NCBI GenBank assembly: GCA_934201705.1
Contig: CAKPXF010000010.1
Coordinates: 19,256 to 83,255 of the forward strand
Reading direction: 5' to 3'
Length of the DNA: 64,000 nucleotides
DNA from: an uncultured Bacilli bacterium
Lineage (GTDB): Bacteria; Bacillota_I; Bacilli_A; RFN20; CAG-631
Of this stretch, positions 18,913 through 29,130 are shown piece by piece. The notes under the pieces were generated by a model, which searched no databases, was not told where the DNA came from, and saw only the letters and a program-made list of their open reading frames with translations. The stretch's first letter is position 1; every line of letters starts with the position of its first letter. The translations under genes and the position numbers were made by a program.

Positions 18913-21411
18913 ATGAAAAAGAATAATCTCATTTTATTACTTATGGCTTCTACACTTTTAGCTAGCTGTGGAAAGCAAAACTCATCTAGTCCAAGCGATG
19001 AGCCAAATTCTTCAGAAGTAGGTCCATCTACTTCCGATACTTCTTCTTCTGGTGGTGCAACTGAAGTTACAAATGCTAATGGGGCATTTACTTATGTTGC
19101 AGCTTCATATGAAGAAAGAACAAAAATTCTTGGAAAACTTGAAAAATATGCAGTTGACAATTATTTAACAGGTATTACATTGTATGAAGATGGTGGCTAT
19201 GTAATGTATGATAATTCAATTAAAAAAGGTGCAAATACATACATCCCAGGATATGGCTTTGGTATTATTACTGAAGGAGAAATTACTGCCGATCTTGAAA
19301 AAGAAACTAATGTTAACTGGAAAAGATATTATCACACATTTGAAACTTCTGACCCTAAGACAATTAATTATATGAATGATGATGGATCAGTAGTTAGCGA
19401 TTATATTGGCTATATTTCAGCTTCATACTTTGATACTCAAATGAATGAAACAAAGGATGGATATGAATGGGTACCAGTTCTTGCAAAAGATGAAAGACCT
19501 GTAGCTTTAAATGCTGATTCTGATGGACTTGCAACAAAATATAGATTTGAAGTAAAGGTTGGACAAGATGCAAAATATGGTACTGCTAGTAGCAAATTTT
19601 CACAATTTAATGGCCGTGCAATAGCTCTTGAAGATTACCTTACTCCATATAAGATGATGTATACACAAGCTTATGGTATGAAACGTGGCGCAGACCAATT
19701 ATCAGGATCTGGATCTATTAAAGGAATGCAAGCATATTATAACGCTTCAAAGGGTGGCTTTGATGAAAAAGCATGGGCAAATGTTGGAATTAAAGCTTAT
19801 GTTGAAGGCGGAAAATCATACCTAGAATTTGAATTTAACCAAAAGACTAATCAATTCTATGCTATGTATTATTTGTCAAGTCCACTTTATGCTCCACTAC
19901 CAGAAGAATTTATCAAAGCAATTGGTAATGACAGCTTTGAAAATGGCGTTAAAAATTATGGTAACTTTACAAGTGATTTAAGTATGAGCCCTGTTGATAC
20001 TACATTATCAAGTGGACCATATGTTTTAGAAACTTGGAATCAAGGACAAGAATTTGTATTTAAGAAAAATACTAATTTCAATAGTGGTAATCGTTACAAA
20101 GTTGGCGGAATTCATGTAAAAATTTTAACTACAGCAAAAGATGATCCAGAAGCTGGATTTAATCAATTCCTTGGCGGATATATTCATGCAACATCAATTC
20201 CTACAACTAAACTTGCTGAATATAAATCTGACCCTAGAACAACAACAACTGTTGGATCTACAACATCTAAATTAAATATTAATACATGTACACAAGAAGA
20301 GTGGGCTAAGTTATTTGGTGAAAATGGTTCAGTTCTTCAAACAAGCAAGGAAAATACATGGACTTGCGAACCAGCTATGAGTAATGAAGATTTCGTTCGT
20401 GGTTTAAGTTATGCTATTAATAGAGCGGAAATTTGTGAAAAGATTGGACGTACACCAACTGTTAACTACTTTGGTAGTGCATATTTATCAGACCCTGAAA
20501 ATGGTGTTGCATACAATTCAACTCAAGAACACGCTGATGCAGTTAAAGATTTATTAAATGGTACTGACCCTTATGGATATTCTTTAGAAAAAGCAAAGGC
20601 AGCCTTTAAATCAGCTTCTGAAGCATTAATTAAAGCTGGAAAATATAAAGAAGGCGATACAATTACAATTGAAGTTACTTATCAAAGCCAAGCTAACATT
20701 ACAATTTTTGGTAATGCTGTTAAACAATATTGGGAAAATGCTTTCAATAGTTGTGGTGGAGGCTTAAAATTAAGTATTGAACATTATGTTCCAAGTGATT
20801 GGCAAGAAGCATATACTAAGAAAATGCAAGTTGGTCAATTTGATATCGGTTTTGGTGGAATCAATGGAAACCCATTAAATCCATTAAACTTCATCGAAGT
20901 ATTAAAGAGTGATAATTCATCAAGATTTACTCTTAACTGGGGTGTTGATACAAATGAATGTACAAAAGCTATTGAATATGATGGAAAATATTGGTCATTT
21001 GATGCTTTGTGGTCTGCAGCTGATAGAGGTGCATATGTTGTAGATGGACGCAATGTTAAAACTTATGGTGTAGATAAGAGTGCTGTTACTATGAATGCTG
21101 ATGGAACAGCAACTGTTACAGCTGATATTACAACAGTTAACATTGAAGGAAAAGTTTCAACAAAATTAACTACATTTGCTATTTTCTCTTATGATGCTAA
21201 AGATAATTATGTTGAAGATGAGATTACAATTGACAATGCAAAATTCTCAGAAGATGGTAAAACAGTAACAATTACAATTTCTAAGGAATTAGTCGCTAAA
21301 TATAAAGCATTATCAAAAGATGATTTAGGTCTTGATTTCTATTTTGATACAAATGTTTTAGGCACTGAAGCTAAAGATCAAATTGTAACTATTGCTTTAT
21401 CTTTAGAATAG
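18913..21411 (+). CDS. oppA: Oligopeptide ABC transporter substrate-binding lipoprotein (OppA-like, extended Mollicute type)
   Basis: Lipobox LLASCGK and a Ser-rich linker. It is the first gene of the oppBCDF operon. 832 aa with SBP_bac_5-like core segments. Confidence 0.55.
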   Translation: MKKNNLILLLMASTLLASCGKQNSSSPSDEPNSSEVGPSTSDTSSSGGATEVTNANGAFTYVAASYEERTKILGKLEKYAVDNYLTGITLYEDGGYVMYDNSIKKGANTYIPGYGFGIITEGEITADLEKETNVNWKRYYHTFETSDPKTINYMNDDGSVVSDYIGYISASYFDTQMNETKDGYEWVPVLAKDERPVALNADSDGLATKYRFEVKVGQDAKYGTASSKFSQFNGRAIALEDYLTPYKMMYTQAYGMKRGADQLSGSGSIKGMQAYYNASKGGFDEKAWANVGIKAYVEGGKSYLEFEFNQKTNQFYAMYYLSSPLYAPLPEEFIKAIGNDSFENGVKNYGNFTSDLSMSPVDTTLSSGPYVLETWNQGQEFVFKKNTNFNSGNRYKVGGIHVKILTTAKDDPEAGFNQFLGGYIHATSIPTTKLAEYKSDPRTTTTVGSTTSKLNINTCTQEEWAKLFGENGSVLQTSKENTWTCEPAMSNEDFVRGLSYAINRAEICEKIGRTPTVNYFGSAYLSDPENGVAYNSTQEHADAVKDLLNGTDPYGYSLEKAKAAFKSASEALIKAGKYKEGDTITIEVTYQSQANITIFGNAVKQYWENAFNSCGGGLKLSIEHYVPSDWQEAYTKKMQVGQFDIGFGGINGNPLNPLNFIEVLKSDNSSRFTLNWGVDTNECTKAIEYDGKYWSFDALWSAADRGAYVVDGRNVKTYGVDKSAVTMNADGTATVTADITTVNIEGKVSTKLTTFAIFSYDAKDNYVEDEITIDNAKFSEDGKTVTITISKELVAKYKALSKDDLGLDFYFDTNVLGTEAKDQIVTIALSLE

Positions 21412-21430
21412 TTTGTAAATAAAAGTATAT

Positions 21431-21475
21431 ATTTAGGGTTAGTATAATATTTTTACTAATCCTAAATTTTGCTTT
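21431..21475 (+). terminator. Intra-operon stem-loop / partial terminator between oppA and oppB
   Basis: A 14-bp stem atttagggttagta/tactaatcctaaat (one G-U) followed by TTTTGCTTTG. This arrangement often decouples SBP abundance from the permease genes. Confidence 0.45.
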
Positions 21476-21535
21476 GTTATAGGAAATAATTCTATTTTTT
21501 ATAACAAGGTATCACTTAATAAGGAGGACATACAT

Positions 21536-22570
21536 ATGCTAAAATATGTTTTAAAAAGAATTGGATTGGCATTAATTACCACATTTATAATTCTTTCGCT
21601 AACATTTATTTTGATGCAGCTTTTGCCTTTTTCTCGACCAATTGGTAACGAAAATGCGCAATATAGTTATTATAATCACCAAGTATATTTAGGGTATATT
21701 ATAGATAGTCCATCAGCTATAGCTAACCAATCGCTTTTGTGGAGTTATAAAGATCCAACAGGAACAATGCATTTTTATTACAGAATTCCAATTATGCAAC
21801 AATATTTCACGTGGCTTAAAAATATTTTGTTCCACTGGGATTGGGGAACATCTGTTTACTATATGCCAAATGTTGATGCAATGTCAATTATTATGAGTAG
21901 GCTTCCTACTTCAATGTCATTAAATATTATCTCTGTTTTAATTTCTGTTCCACTTGGAATTTTACTTGGAATAGTTGCTGCTTTAAAGAAAAATAAAACT
22001 ACTGATAATGTTATATCAACATTAGTTATGGTATTTATTTCTATACCAAGTTTTGTACTTATTACTTTTTTAATTTTATTTTTTTGTTATAAACTACAAT
22101 GGTTTCCAGCAACGTGGCCAAGTCCTAGTTCACCATTAAAGCAAAGAGTTCTAGGCTATGTTATTCCAGTTGCTGCATTATCATTTGGATCAATTTGTGG
22201 ATATTGTCGTTTCACTAGAGCAGAGTTATGTGAGGTTATGTCAAGTGAGTATTTATTACTTGCTAGAACTAAAGGGTTAACTAAAAAACAAGCAATTACA
22301 AGACATGCGTTACGAAATGCTATGGTTCCAATTGTTCCATCAATATTAGCTGAATTTATTTCTATTCTTGGAGGTTCAATGATTCTTGAAACTTTATATG
22401 TTATTCCAGGAATTGGAGAATTGTTTGTTGTAACACTTACAGCTAAAGACTATAATGTTTTATTTGTGGACATGGCTTTATTTACATCAATTAGTTTATT
22501 GGCTGGAGTATTACTTGATATTTCTTATGGATTTATTGATCCACGTATTAGAATGGGGGCGAAAAAATAA
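21536..22570 (+). CDS. oppB: Oligopeptide ABC transporter permease
   Basis: Six TM helices and an EAA-like loop EYLLLARTKGLTKKQAITRHALRNA. Confidence 0.8.
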   Translation: MLKYVLKRIGLALITTFIILSLTFILMQLLPFSRPIGNENAQYSYYNHQVYLGYIIDSPSAIANQSLLWSYKDPTGTMHFYYRIPIMQQYFTWLKNILFHWDWGTSVYYMPNVDAMSIIMSRLPTSMSLNIISVLISVPLGILLGIVAALKKNKTTDNVISTLVMVFISIPSFVLITFLILFFCYKLQWFPATWPSPSSPLKQRVLGYVIPVAALSFGSICGYCRFTRAELCEVMSSEYLLLARTKGLTKKQAITRHALRNAMVPIVPSILAEFISILGGSMILETLYVIPGIGELFVVTLTAKDYNVLFVDMALFTSISLLAGVLLDISYGFIDPRIRMGAKK

Positions 22571-24474
22571 TGGCTGAATTCAATGAAAACTACAAAGTAA
22601 AAAAAGAAGATTTTGAATTTGTTCAAATTGACAAAAAAATTCATGATTGTGAATTCGAAACAAAGCCTACGACTTTCGCTAAGGATGCTTTAAAAAGATT
22701 TTGTAAAAACAAATCATCTGTTGTTGGAGCTATTATTATTGGTATATTACTTCTTTGTTCATTTTTAGTACCAGTTATAAGTGCTAATGACATTAAAAAT
22801 GTTCATGTTGATCAAGCACTTCTTTCACCAAAGTTATTTAATGCAGGAACTGGATTTTGGGATGGAACTAAAAAGTATTATAATATTGCTTATGATGGCA
22901 GCAAAGAAGCTCCAGTAGGCTTTAAAAAGGATGCAGTGCTATCGATGCATATTGAGGATGTGTCTTATGTAAATCAAGCGCATGAAACAGCTAGTGGTGG
23001 TTATTTTCTATTATTAAATGAAAAAACAATTACATCTAATGATGATGCGTTAAATAATTTAGCATTTTTCTATAATTATACTAATTTTAGTGTAAATGAT
23101 GCTGATAATTATAAAGTTTCTATTGATATGGGAAACGAAAATAATGTTTTTGGTAATACCTTAGGAGAATATCGTGTTTCATTACAATACAGAGTTAGTG
23201 GTTCTAACAAATTAATCACCTTAAAAGATTGGTCACAAGATTATTCATCTTATACCCTTGATATTTCATCAGTTTTAAAAGAAAATGGATTAAGTGAATT
23301 AAAAGATGCTAAAGTAAGATTTGATTTAAAGCCAACTTTAAATCAAAAGAGTTATATTTTATTAAAGTCAGTAATGATTTCTTGCGATAACGAAGAGGCT
23401 AATGAAACATTAAGTGAAATCTCTTTTGATGATGCTAATGCTTGCGCATTAATTACAAAGCAAAATAATGGAACTTTCCCTATTGGATATTGGCAAAGTA
23501 ACACTGCAAAGGATATATATAAAGCCGAAATGAGAATTGTTTCTTTTGTATATGATGAGTATGAAGCTATTTATGGAAATAGAACAATGACAATTGGTGA
23601 ATCAATATTAAATCAGTATATTAAAAATGGTTGGTGCCAATTTGATTACAACGTAGGAGCTGAATCTTTTAAAGTACTTAACAGTGAAAAATGCCCTATT
23701 ATTGAAGTTTATAGCGTGTCAATTGATCCAGAATACAATGTATACAGTGTTGAAGCTAAAGTATCTTATTATAGATATTTAGGCTTAAATAAATATCCTA
23801 TATTTTTACTTGGTACTACTAATGATGGTAAAGATATAGTAACTCTCGCTTTTAACTCTTTAAAGACTTCATTACTAATCGCCATTTTATCAAGTGCAGT
23901 ATGTATGTTTATTGGTATAGTTTGGGGTTCTATTTCTGGCTATTTTGGTGGAACAGTTGACCTAGTGATGGAAAGATTTTGTGAAATTTTAAGCGGTGTT
24001 CCATGGATTGTTGTTATGACACTTGCAATCTTATTATTTGGTAATACTATTTTTACATTTGCTTTAGCATTATGTATGACTGGATGGATTGGTACTGCCG
24101 GAAGAACTAGGACACAGTTTTATAGATTTAAAGGACGTGAGTATGTCTTAGCTAGTAGAACATTAGGAGCAAAAGATTCTCGTTTAATATTCAAGCATAT
24201 TTTACCAAATGCCTTAGGAACTATTGTTACATCATGTGTATTAATGATTCCAAGTGTTATTTTCTCAGAAGCTACTCTTGCTTATTTAAATTTAGGATTA
24301 CAAGGTGTTGACTCATTTGGTGTTTTATTATCTGATAATCAGCAATATTTATCATCGCATCCAGCATTAATTGTTTTCCCAGCAATAATAATTTCATTAT
24401 TAATGATTTCTTTCAATCTATTTGGTAATGGATTACGTGATGCATTAAATCCATCATTGAAAGGAAGTGACTAA
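22570..24474 (+). CDS. oppC: Oligopeptide ABC transporter permease with a large N-terminal extracytoplasmic insertion
   Basis: An N-terminal TM helix, then a soluble region of about 330 aa, then a permease core (YVLASRTLGAKDSRLIFKHILPNA). This architecture is typical of Mollicutes OppC. Confidence 0.75.
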   Translation: MAEFNENYKVKKEDFEFVQIDKKIHDCEFETKPTTFAKDALKRFCKNKSSVVGAIIIGILLLCSFLVPVISANDIKNVHVDQALLSPKLFNAGTGFWDGTKKYYNIAYDGSKEAPVGFKKDAVLSMHIEDVSYVNQAHETASGGYFLLLNEKTITSNDDALNNLAFFYNYTNFSVNDADNYKVSIDMGNENNVFGNTLGEYRVSLQYRVSGSNKLITLKDWSQDYSSYTLDISSVLKENGLSELKDAKVRFDLKPTLNQKSYILLKSVMISCDNEEANETLSEISFDDANACALITKQNNGTFPIGYWQSNTAKDIYKAEMRIVSFVYDEYEAIYGNRTMTIGESILNQYIKNGWCQFDYNVGAESFKVLNSEKCPIIEVYSVSIDPEYNVYSVEAKVSYYRYLGLNKYPIFLLGTTNDGKDIVTLAFNSLKTSLLIAILSSAVCMFIGIVWGSISGYFGGTVDLVMERFCEILSGVPWIVVMTLAILLFGNTIFTFALALCMTGWIGTAGRTRTQFYRFKGREYVLASRTLGAKDSRLIFKHILPNALGTIVTSCVLMIPSVIFSEATLAYLNLGLQGVDSFGVLLSDNQQYLSSHPALIVFPAIIISLLMISFNLFGNGLRDALNPSLKGSD

Positions 24475-25993
24475 TATGGCAGAGAAAATACTTTCAGTTA
24501 AAGATTTAGTCATTAATTTTAAAACAGATAATGGGTTAGTTCAGGCTGTAAGAAATGTTTCCTTTGACTTATATAGAGGAGAAACTCTATGCATTGTTGG
24601 AGAATCAGGATCAGGAAAATCAGTTACTTCAAAAGCGATTATGGGTATTTTATCAAGTAATGCTATTGTAGAAAGTGGAAGTATTGTATATAGTGGTGAA
24701 AATTTGCTTGAAGTTTCAGAAGAAGAATTTCATAAAATTCGTGGTCATAAAATTGGAATGATATTTCAAGACCCTTTGTCTTCATTAAATCCAATTGTTA
24801 GAATTGGAAAACAAATAACAGAAGCTACTTTAATTAATTCAAATAAATTAAAATTAATGTATGAGGACATTATTTCTACTGATTTAGTTGCTTACAAGAA
24901 TGTATTGGCAAAAAAAGATATTTTAATTAAAAATGAATTTAATAAATTAGAAAATGAATTATCAAAATTAGATTGCTCTTCTTTAACAAAAAAAGAAATA
25001 AGTGACAAGAAAAAAGAACTAAAAAAATTATATAAGAATAATGTAAAGGCAATAACTTTAGATGCAACATCAAAAGCTAAGCCATTAAAAGCTAAATTAA
25101 AAATAACACAAGCAAAAGCAAAAAAAGAGGTTGAAGAATATAAAAGGAATGTTATTAATGAAAAAACTACTACCATTAATAACTTAAAGAAGGAATTAGC
25201 TTCAACGAATGATGAGAACACTAAAAAAGATATTCGAAATAAAATTGCCCAAGTAAAGATTGATTGTGTTAATAAGTTAAAAATAACTAAAGCAGAGGCT
25301 AAACGTCGTGCTTTAAAAATTATGGAAGAGGTAGGTATTCCTCAGCCTGAAAAACGTTTTAGACAATATCCATTTGAGTTTTCTGGTGGTATGAGACAAA
25401 GAATTGTTATTGCAATTGCTTTAACAGAAACACCAGAAATATTAATATGTGATGAGCCAACAACAGCTCTTGACGTTACTATTCAAGCTCAAATTCTTGA
25501 ATTAATTAAAAAAATTCAAAAGGAAAGAAATTTATCATGCATATTTATTACGCATGACTTAGGTGTTGTTGCAAATATGGCTGATAGAGTTGCAGTTATG
25601 TATGCTGGAAAAATAGTTGAATATGGAAAATCTGATGAAATATTTTTCGAACCAAAACATCCATATACATGGGCACTTTTATCATCAATTCCTGATGTTG
25701 ATAGTAAGGAAAAACTTGAAACAATTCCGGGAACTCCACCTAATATGATTTATCCTCCAAAGGGTGATGCTTTTGCTTTAAGAAGTAAATATGCCATGAA
25801 AATTGATTTTGAACAAGAGCCACCATTCTTTAAGGTTAGTGATACTCATTATGCTGCGACTTGGCTGTTACATGAAAATGCACCAAAAGTTGAGATGCCA
25901 CGAATCGTAAAAGAAAGAATTAAAAATGCCTTAAAAGGAAATAAAAAAGTGACAAAAGTGACAAAAGGAGGTGCAATTAAAGATGAGCAATAG
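24467..25993 (+). CDS. oppD: Oligopeptide ABC transporter ATP-binding protein with a ~170-aa Lys-rich coiled-coil insertion
   Basis: Walker A GESGSGKS. The insertion sits between Walker A and the signature FSGGMRQR. Walker B ILICDEPTTALD. 508 aa. Confidence 0.8.
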   Translation: MTNMAEKILSVKDLVINFKTDNGLVQAVRNVSFDLYRGETLCIVGESGSGKSVTSKAIMGILSSNAIVESGSIVYSGENLLEVSEEEFHKIRGHKIGMIFQDPLSSLNPIVRIGKQITEATLINSNKLKLMYEDIISTDLVAYKNVLAKKDILIKNEFNKLENELSKLDCSSLTKKEISDKKKELKKLYKNNVKAITLDATSKAKPLKAKLKITQAKAKKEVEEYKRNVINEKTTTINNLKKELASTNDENTKKDIRNKIAQVKIDCVNKLKITKAEAKRRALKIMEEVGIPQPEKRFRQYPFEFSGGMRQRIVIAIALTETPEILICDEPTTALDVTIQAQILELIKKIQKERNLSCIFITHDLGVVANMADRVAVMYAGKIVEYGKSDEIFFEPKHPYTWALLSSIPDVDSKEKLETIPGTPPNMIYPPKGDAFALRSKYAMKIDFEQEPPFFKVSDTHYAATWLLHENAPKVEMPRIVKERIKNALKGNKKVTKVTKGGAIKDEQ

Positions 25994-27368
25994 AAGCAAA
26001 GATGGAGATTTTAATTTAGATCAAGAACTTTTAAGCAAAATTGCTGCAAATGAAGAAGGCCAACCTCTAATTGATGATCATGAAGATGAAAAAGTAGAAG
26101 AAATTGACTCTCAGGTTTCTTTTGATGAACGTAAATATCGTATTCATCCACAATTAAAAAGAAAACCTGAATTAATGAATAGCAATATTTTATTATCTGT
26201 TAGAAATTTAAAACAATTTTTCTTTTTCGGTAGTGGACCTAATCGTAGCAAACTTAAGGCTGTAAGTAATGTTAGTTTTGATGTTTATTCTGGTGAATGC
26301 TTTGGTATAGTTGGTGAGTCAGGATGTGGAAAAACCACAACAGGAAGATCAATTATTAAATTATACGATATAACTTCTGGTTCAATTTATTATAAGGGCT
26401 ATCGTATTTCAGCTGGTGATAGATGGAATAGAAAAGAAATTAAATATACTAAAATTCGCTTGAATCAAGCTATTAAAAAATTAAATAAAGAAAGGTATGA
26501 AAAGCTTAGTAAGCTTGATAAAAATCTTTCAAACTATGAGCAAGGTGCTAAAGAAATAAATGATTTATATGATTCAGAAATTTTGAAAGCTAAAACTAGT
26601 GCTGATGAAATTGTAAATACACAAAAGGAAAAAATCAAACAAATAAAGTTTGATAACAAGCATACACCTCGTCGTCTTTTAAATGAAATACAAATGATTT
26701 TCCAAGATCCTGTTGATTCGCTTGATCCTCGTATGACGGTTGAAGATATTATTCAAGAAGGTTTAATAATACAAGGTCATAAGAATAAAGCGGAAAATCA
26801 TAAAAAAATTGTTGAAATGCTTAATAAGGTTGGCTTAGTATCTGAGCATTCTTCAAGATATCCTCATGAATTTTCTGGGGGGCAAAGACAACGTATTGGC
26901 ATTGCAAGAGCTTTAATTATGAATCCAAAATTATTAATTTGTGATGAGCCAATTAGTGCTCTTGATGTTTCAATTAGGGCACAAATTATTAACTTATTAA
27001 ACGAGTTAAAAGAAGAACTAGGATTAACTATTATATTTATTGCTCACGATTTATCAGTTGTTAAGTATTTTTGTAATAGAATTGCTGTTATGTATTACGG
27101 AAAAATAGTTGAACTTGCAACTAGTGAAGAATTATTTGCACATCCATTACATCCGTATACTAGATCATTGCTTTCTGCAATTCCAAAGCCAAATCCTATT
27201 ATTGAAAGAGAAAGAGTTAGAATTGTTTATAAGCCTAACGAAGTTCATGATTATTCTATCGATAAGCCTACAATGCATGAGGTTTCTAAAGGACACTTTG
27301 TATATTGTAATGAAAAAGAATTTATAGAGTATCAAAAACTTTTAAAAAAATCAAAAAATAAAGAATAA
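25971..27368 (+). CDS. oppF: Oligopeptide ABC transporter ATP-binding protein with insertion
   Basis: Walker A GESGCGKTT, signature FSGGQRQRIGIAR, Walker B LLICDEPISALD. An insertion lies between Walker A and the Q-loop. Confidence 0.8.
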   Translation: MQLKMSNRSKDGDFNLDQELLSKIAANEEGQPLIDDHEDEKVEEIDSQVSFDERKYRIHPQLKRKPELMNSNILLSVRNLKQFFFFGSGPNRSKLKAVSNVSFDVYSGECFGIVGESGCGKTTTGRSIIKLYDITSGSIYYKGYRISAGDRWNRKEIKYTKIRLNQAIKKLNKERYEKLSKLDKNLSNYEQGAKEINDLYDSEILKAKTSADEIVNTQKEKIKQIKFDNKHTPRRLLNEIQMIFQDPVDSLDPRMTVEDIIQEGLIIQGHKNKAENHKKIVEMLNKVGLVSEHSSRYPHEFSGGQRQRIGIARALIMNPKLLICDEPISALDVSIRAQIINLLNELKEELGLTIIFIAHDLSVVKYFCNRIAVMYYGKIVELATSEELFAHPLHPYTRSLLSAIPKPNPIIERERVRIVYKPNEVHDYSIDKPTMHEVSKGHFVYCNEKEFIEYQKLLKKSKNKE

Positions 27369-27370
27369 TA

Positions 27371-27412
27371 AAAAATGGTATTAGGGATTCATAATTTCTA
27401 ATACCATTTCAT
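27371..27412. terminator. Bidirectional terminator between oppF and the convergent esterase gene
   Basis: An 11-bp stem aatggtattag/ctaataccatt with a 13-nt loop, an A-run on the left and a T-run on the right. Confidence 0.65.
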
Positions 27413-27423
27413 TTAAATAATGA

Positions 27424-28992
27424 CTATTTATTATTAATAAAATCTAAAAGCAATTTAGCATAGCTACTTTTATTTCTATATAAAGTAGTTGAATTTTCAC
27501 AATGATTTCCTTCTAATACTAATAAATTTATGTTAGCATCTTTATTAAATAACTTAATAGTATCATAAAGAAGTTTATTTTGGCTTAATCTACAAGGAAT
27601 ATCATGAGTATATGCAATTAATAATATTCTATTAAATTTTGTTTTTTCATTTATGTAATAAAGTGGAGCGTATTTATCTATTCTTTGTAAGTTACTATTT
27701 AGTTTTTTACTTGCTAAAACATTAAAATGTGTAGTTGCTTGGCCTGATTCTATTATATAGCCTTTAATATCTAATGGCTTAATTTGTAATTGCTTAAAGT
27801 ACTTATTATTAAAGCATAGCATCATAGCAATATAAGCGCCAGCAGATTGACCAGAAATATAAATGCTACCTGTAATGCTATTACTTTTTAAAAAATGAGT
27901 TACATATTTAATGGCATTTGCTGCATCAACAAAATAATCCTCAAAATTATTGTTGCTTAATAATCTATAATTAATTGAAATAAAGCCAACACCATTACCT
28001 GCAATTTCTTTAGCTATATCATTTGCATCTTCTTTGCTTCCACTATTTAAGCCACCACCATGTATATGAATAATAACATCAAAATTAGTGTTTTCTATTG
28101 GCAAATACATATCTAATTTACAATATTCATTATATGAAATATCTTCAATTTTAGAATATAGTACTTTTTTATTTGAACTTTCATCTTTATCATAAATAGA
28201 TGGAGTAATAGTAAAAGGAAATTTTAATGAGTTTAATACAGCTTCTTTTGCAATTTTAATATAAGGAATAAACTTTAGTGGAATTAATGTTAAATCCATA
28301 TCATCAATGTTAAAATTAGTAAGTTTAATAACTAATGCTAATCCGACAATAAATTCGCCTAAATCTTCAAGGTGATAGCCATCATTTAATGTAAAAGTAT
28401 CCTTAAGATAAGATGTTCTTGCATTTTGAATAGTTGTTGCAAGTGGAGCAATAAACTCAAAGTTTTTATTTGTAAAAATTTTATTTTTCACACAGTTTAT
28501 TATGCTTGTATACATTGTGTTTTGACAATTATTGTATTTTATATATTCATTATGCTTGCAGTCATTAGAATATGCCCAAGTCATATTCCAACCAATTTTA
28601 CAATTTGCCATTAAAAAGGATTTTATATAAGTATAAAGCTCATTAATATTTTCATTGTATGTTTCAATTTCTCCACTTTTGCCACTGGCTTGTTGCATAG
28701 TAACAAAATCCCATTTTTCATCAGTTAAGCCATTTTTTAAAGAATAGTTATCATAATTAACAAATACACCAGTAGTATTTTTACGATAAATATAATTGCT
28801 TTTATCATTAATGGCATTATCTAAATGAGTTTTTATTTCACATCCTGGTATAAATAAATTAGCAATTATTATTTTTTTAACATAAAAACTATTTAAAATA
28901 GAATACATATATTTAGTAATGTTGTCGGAAAAACTATTACCAACACATAATAATTTAAATGATTGCATAAGTTTCCTCCTTGATAATAACAT
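27424..28992 (-). CDS. Two-domain hydrolase: N-terminal SGNH/DUF4886-like domain plus C-terminal alpha/beta-hydrolase fold-3 esterase
   Basis: CVGNSFSDN near the N-terminus. C-terminal HIHGGGLNSGS oxyanion motif and the GQSAG nucleophile elbow. Confidence 0.55.
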   Translation of the reverse strand: MLLSRRKLMQSFKLLCVGNSFSDNITKYMYSILNSFYVKKIIIANLFIPGCEIKTHLDNAINDKSNYIYRKNTTGVFVNYDNYSLKNGLTDEKWDFVTMQQASGKSGEIETYNENINELYTYIKSFLMANCKIGWNMTWAYSNDCKHNEYIKYNNCQNTMYTSIINCVKNKIFTNKNFEFIAPLATTIQNARTSYLKDTFTLNDGYHLEDLGEFIVGLALVIKLTNFNIDDMDLTLIPLKFIPYIKIAKEAVLNSLKFPFTITPSIYDKDESSNKKVLYSKIEDISYNEYCKLDMYLPIENTNFDVIIHIHGGGLNSGSKEDANDIAKEIAGNGVGFISINYRLLSNNNFEDYFVDAANAIKYVTHFLKSNSITGSIYISGQSAGAYIAMMLCFNNKYFKQLQIKPLDIKGYIIESGQATTHFNVLASKKLNSNLQRIDKYAPLYYINEKTKFNRILLIAYTHDIPCRLSQNKLLYDTIKLFNKDANINLLVLEGNHCENSTTLYRNKSSYAKLLLDFINNK

Positions 28993-29130
28993 ACAAAGAC
29001 AATTATATAAACATTAAAATAAAAATGCAATAAGTAACAAATTAATAAAACGACTTGCTAAGGAATAAAAAAAAAGATATAATATTTTAAATTATTAATA
29101 TAACAATATGAAAAGGAAGGGTGGACGACT

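Noticed and set aside
24840-25330. Lys-rich coiled-coil segment inside oppD, which could be mistaken for a separate inserted gene or mobile fragment.
   Set aside because: It is in frame, flanked by Walker A upstream and the signature/Walker B motifs downstream within one ORF. Such insertions are a known feature of mollicute OppD/OppF.
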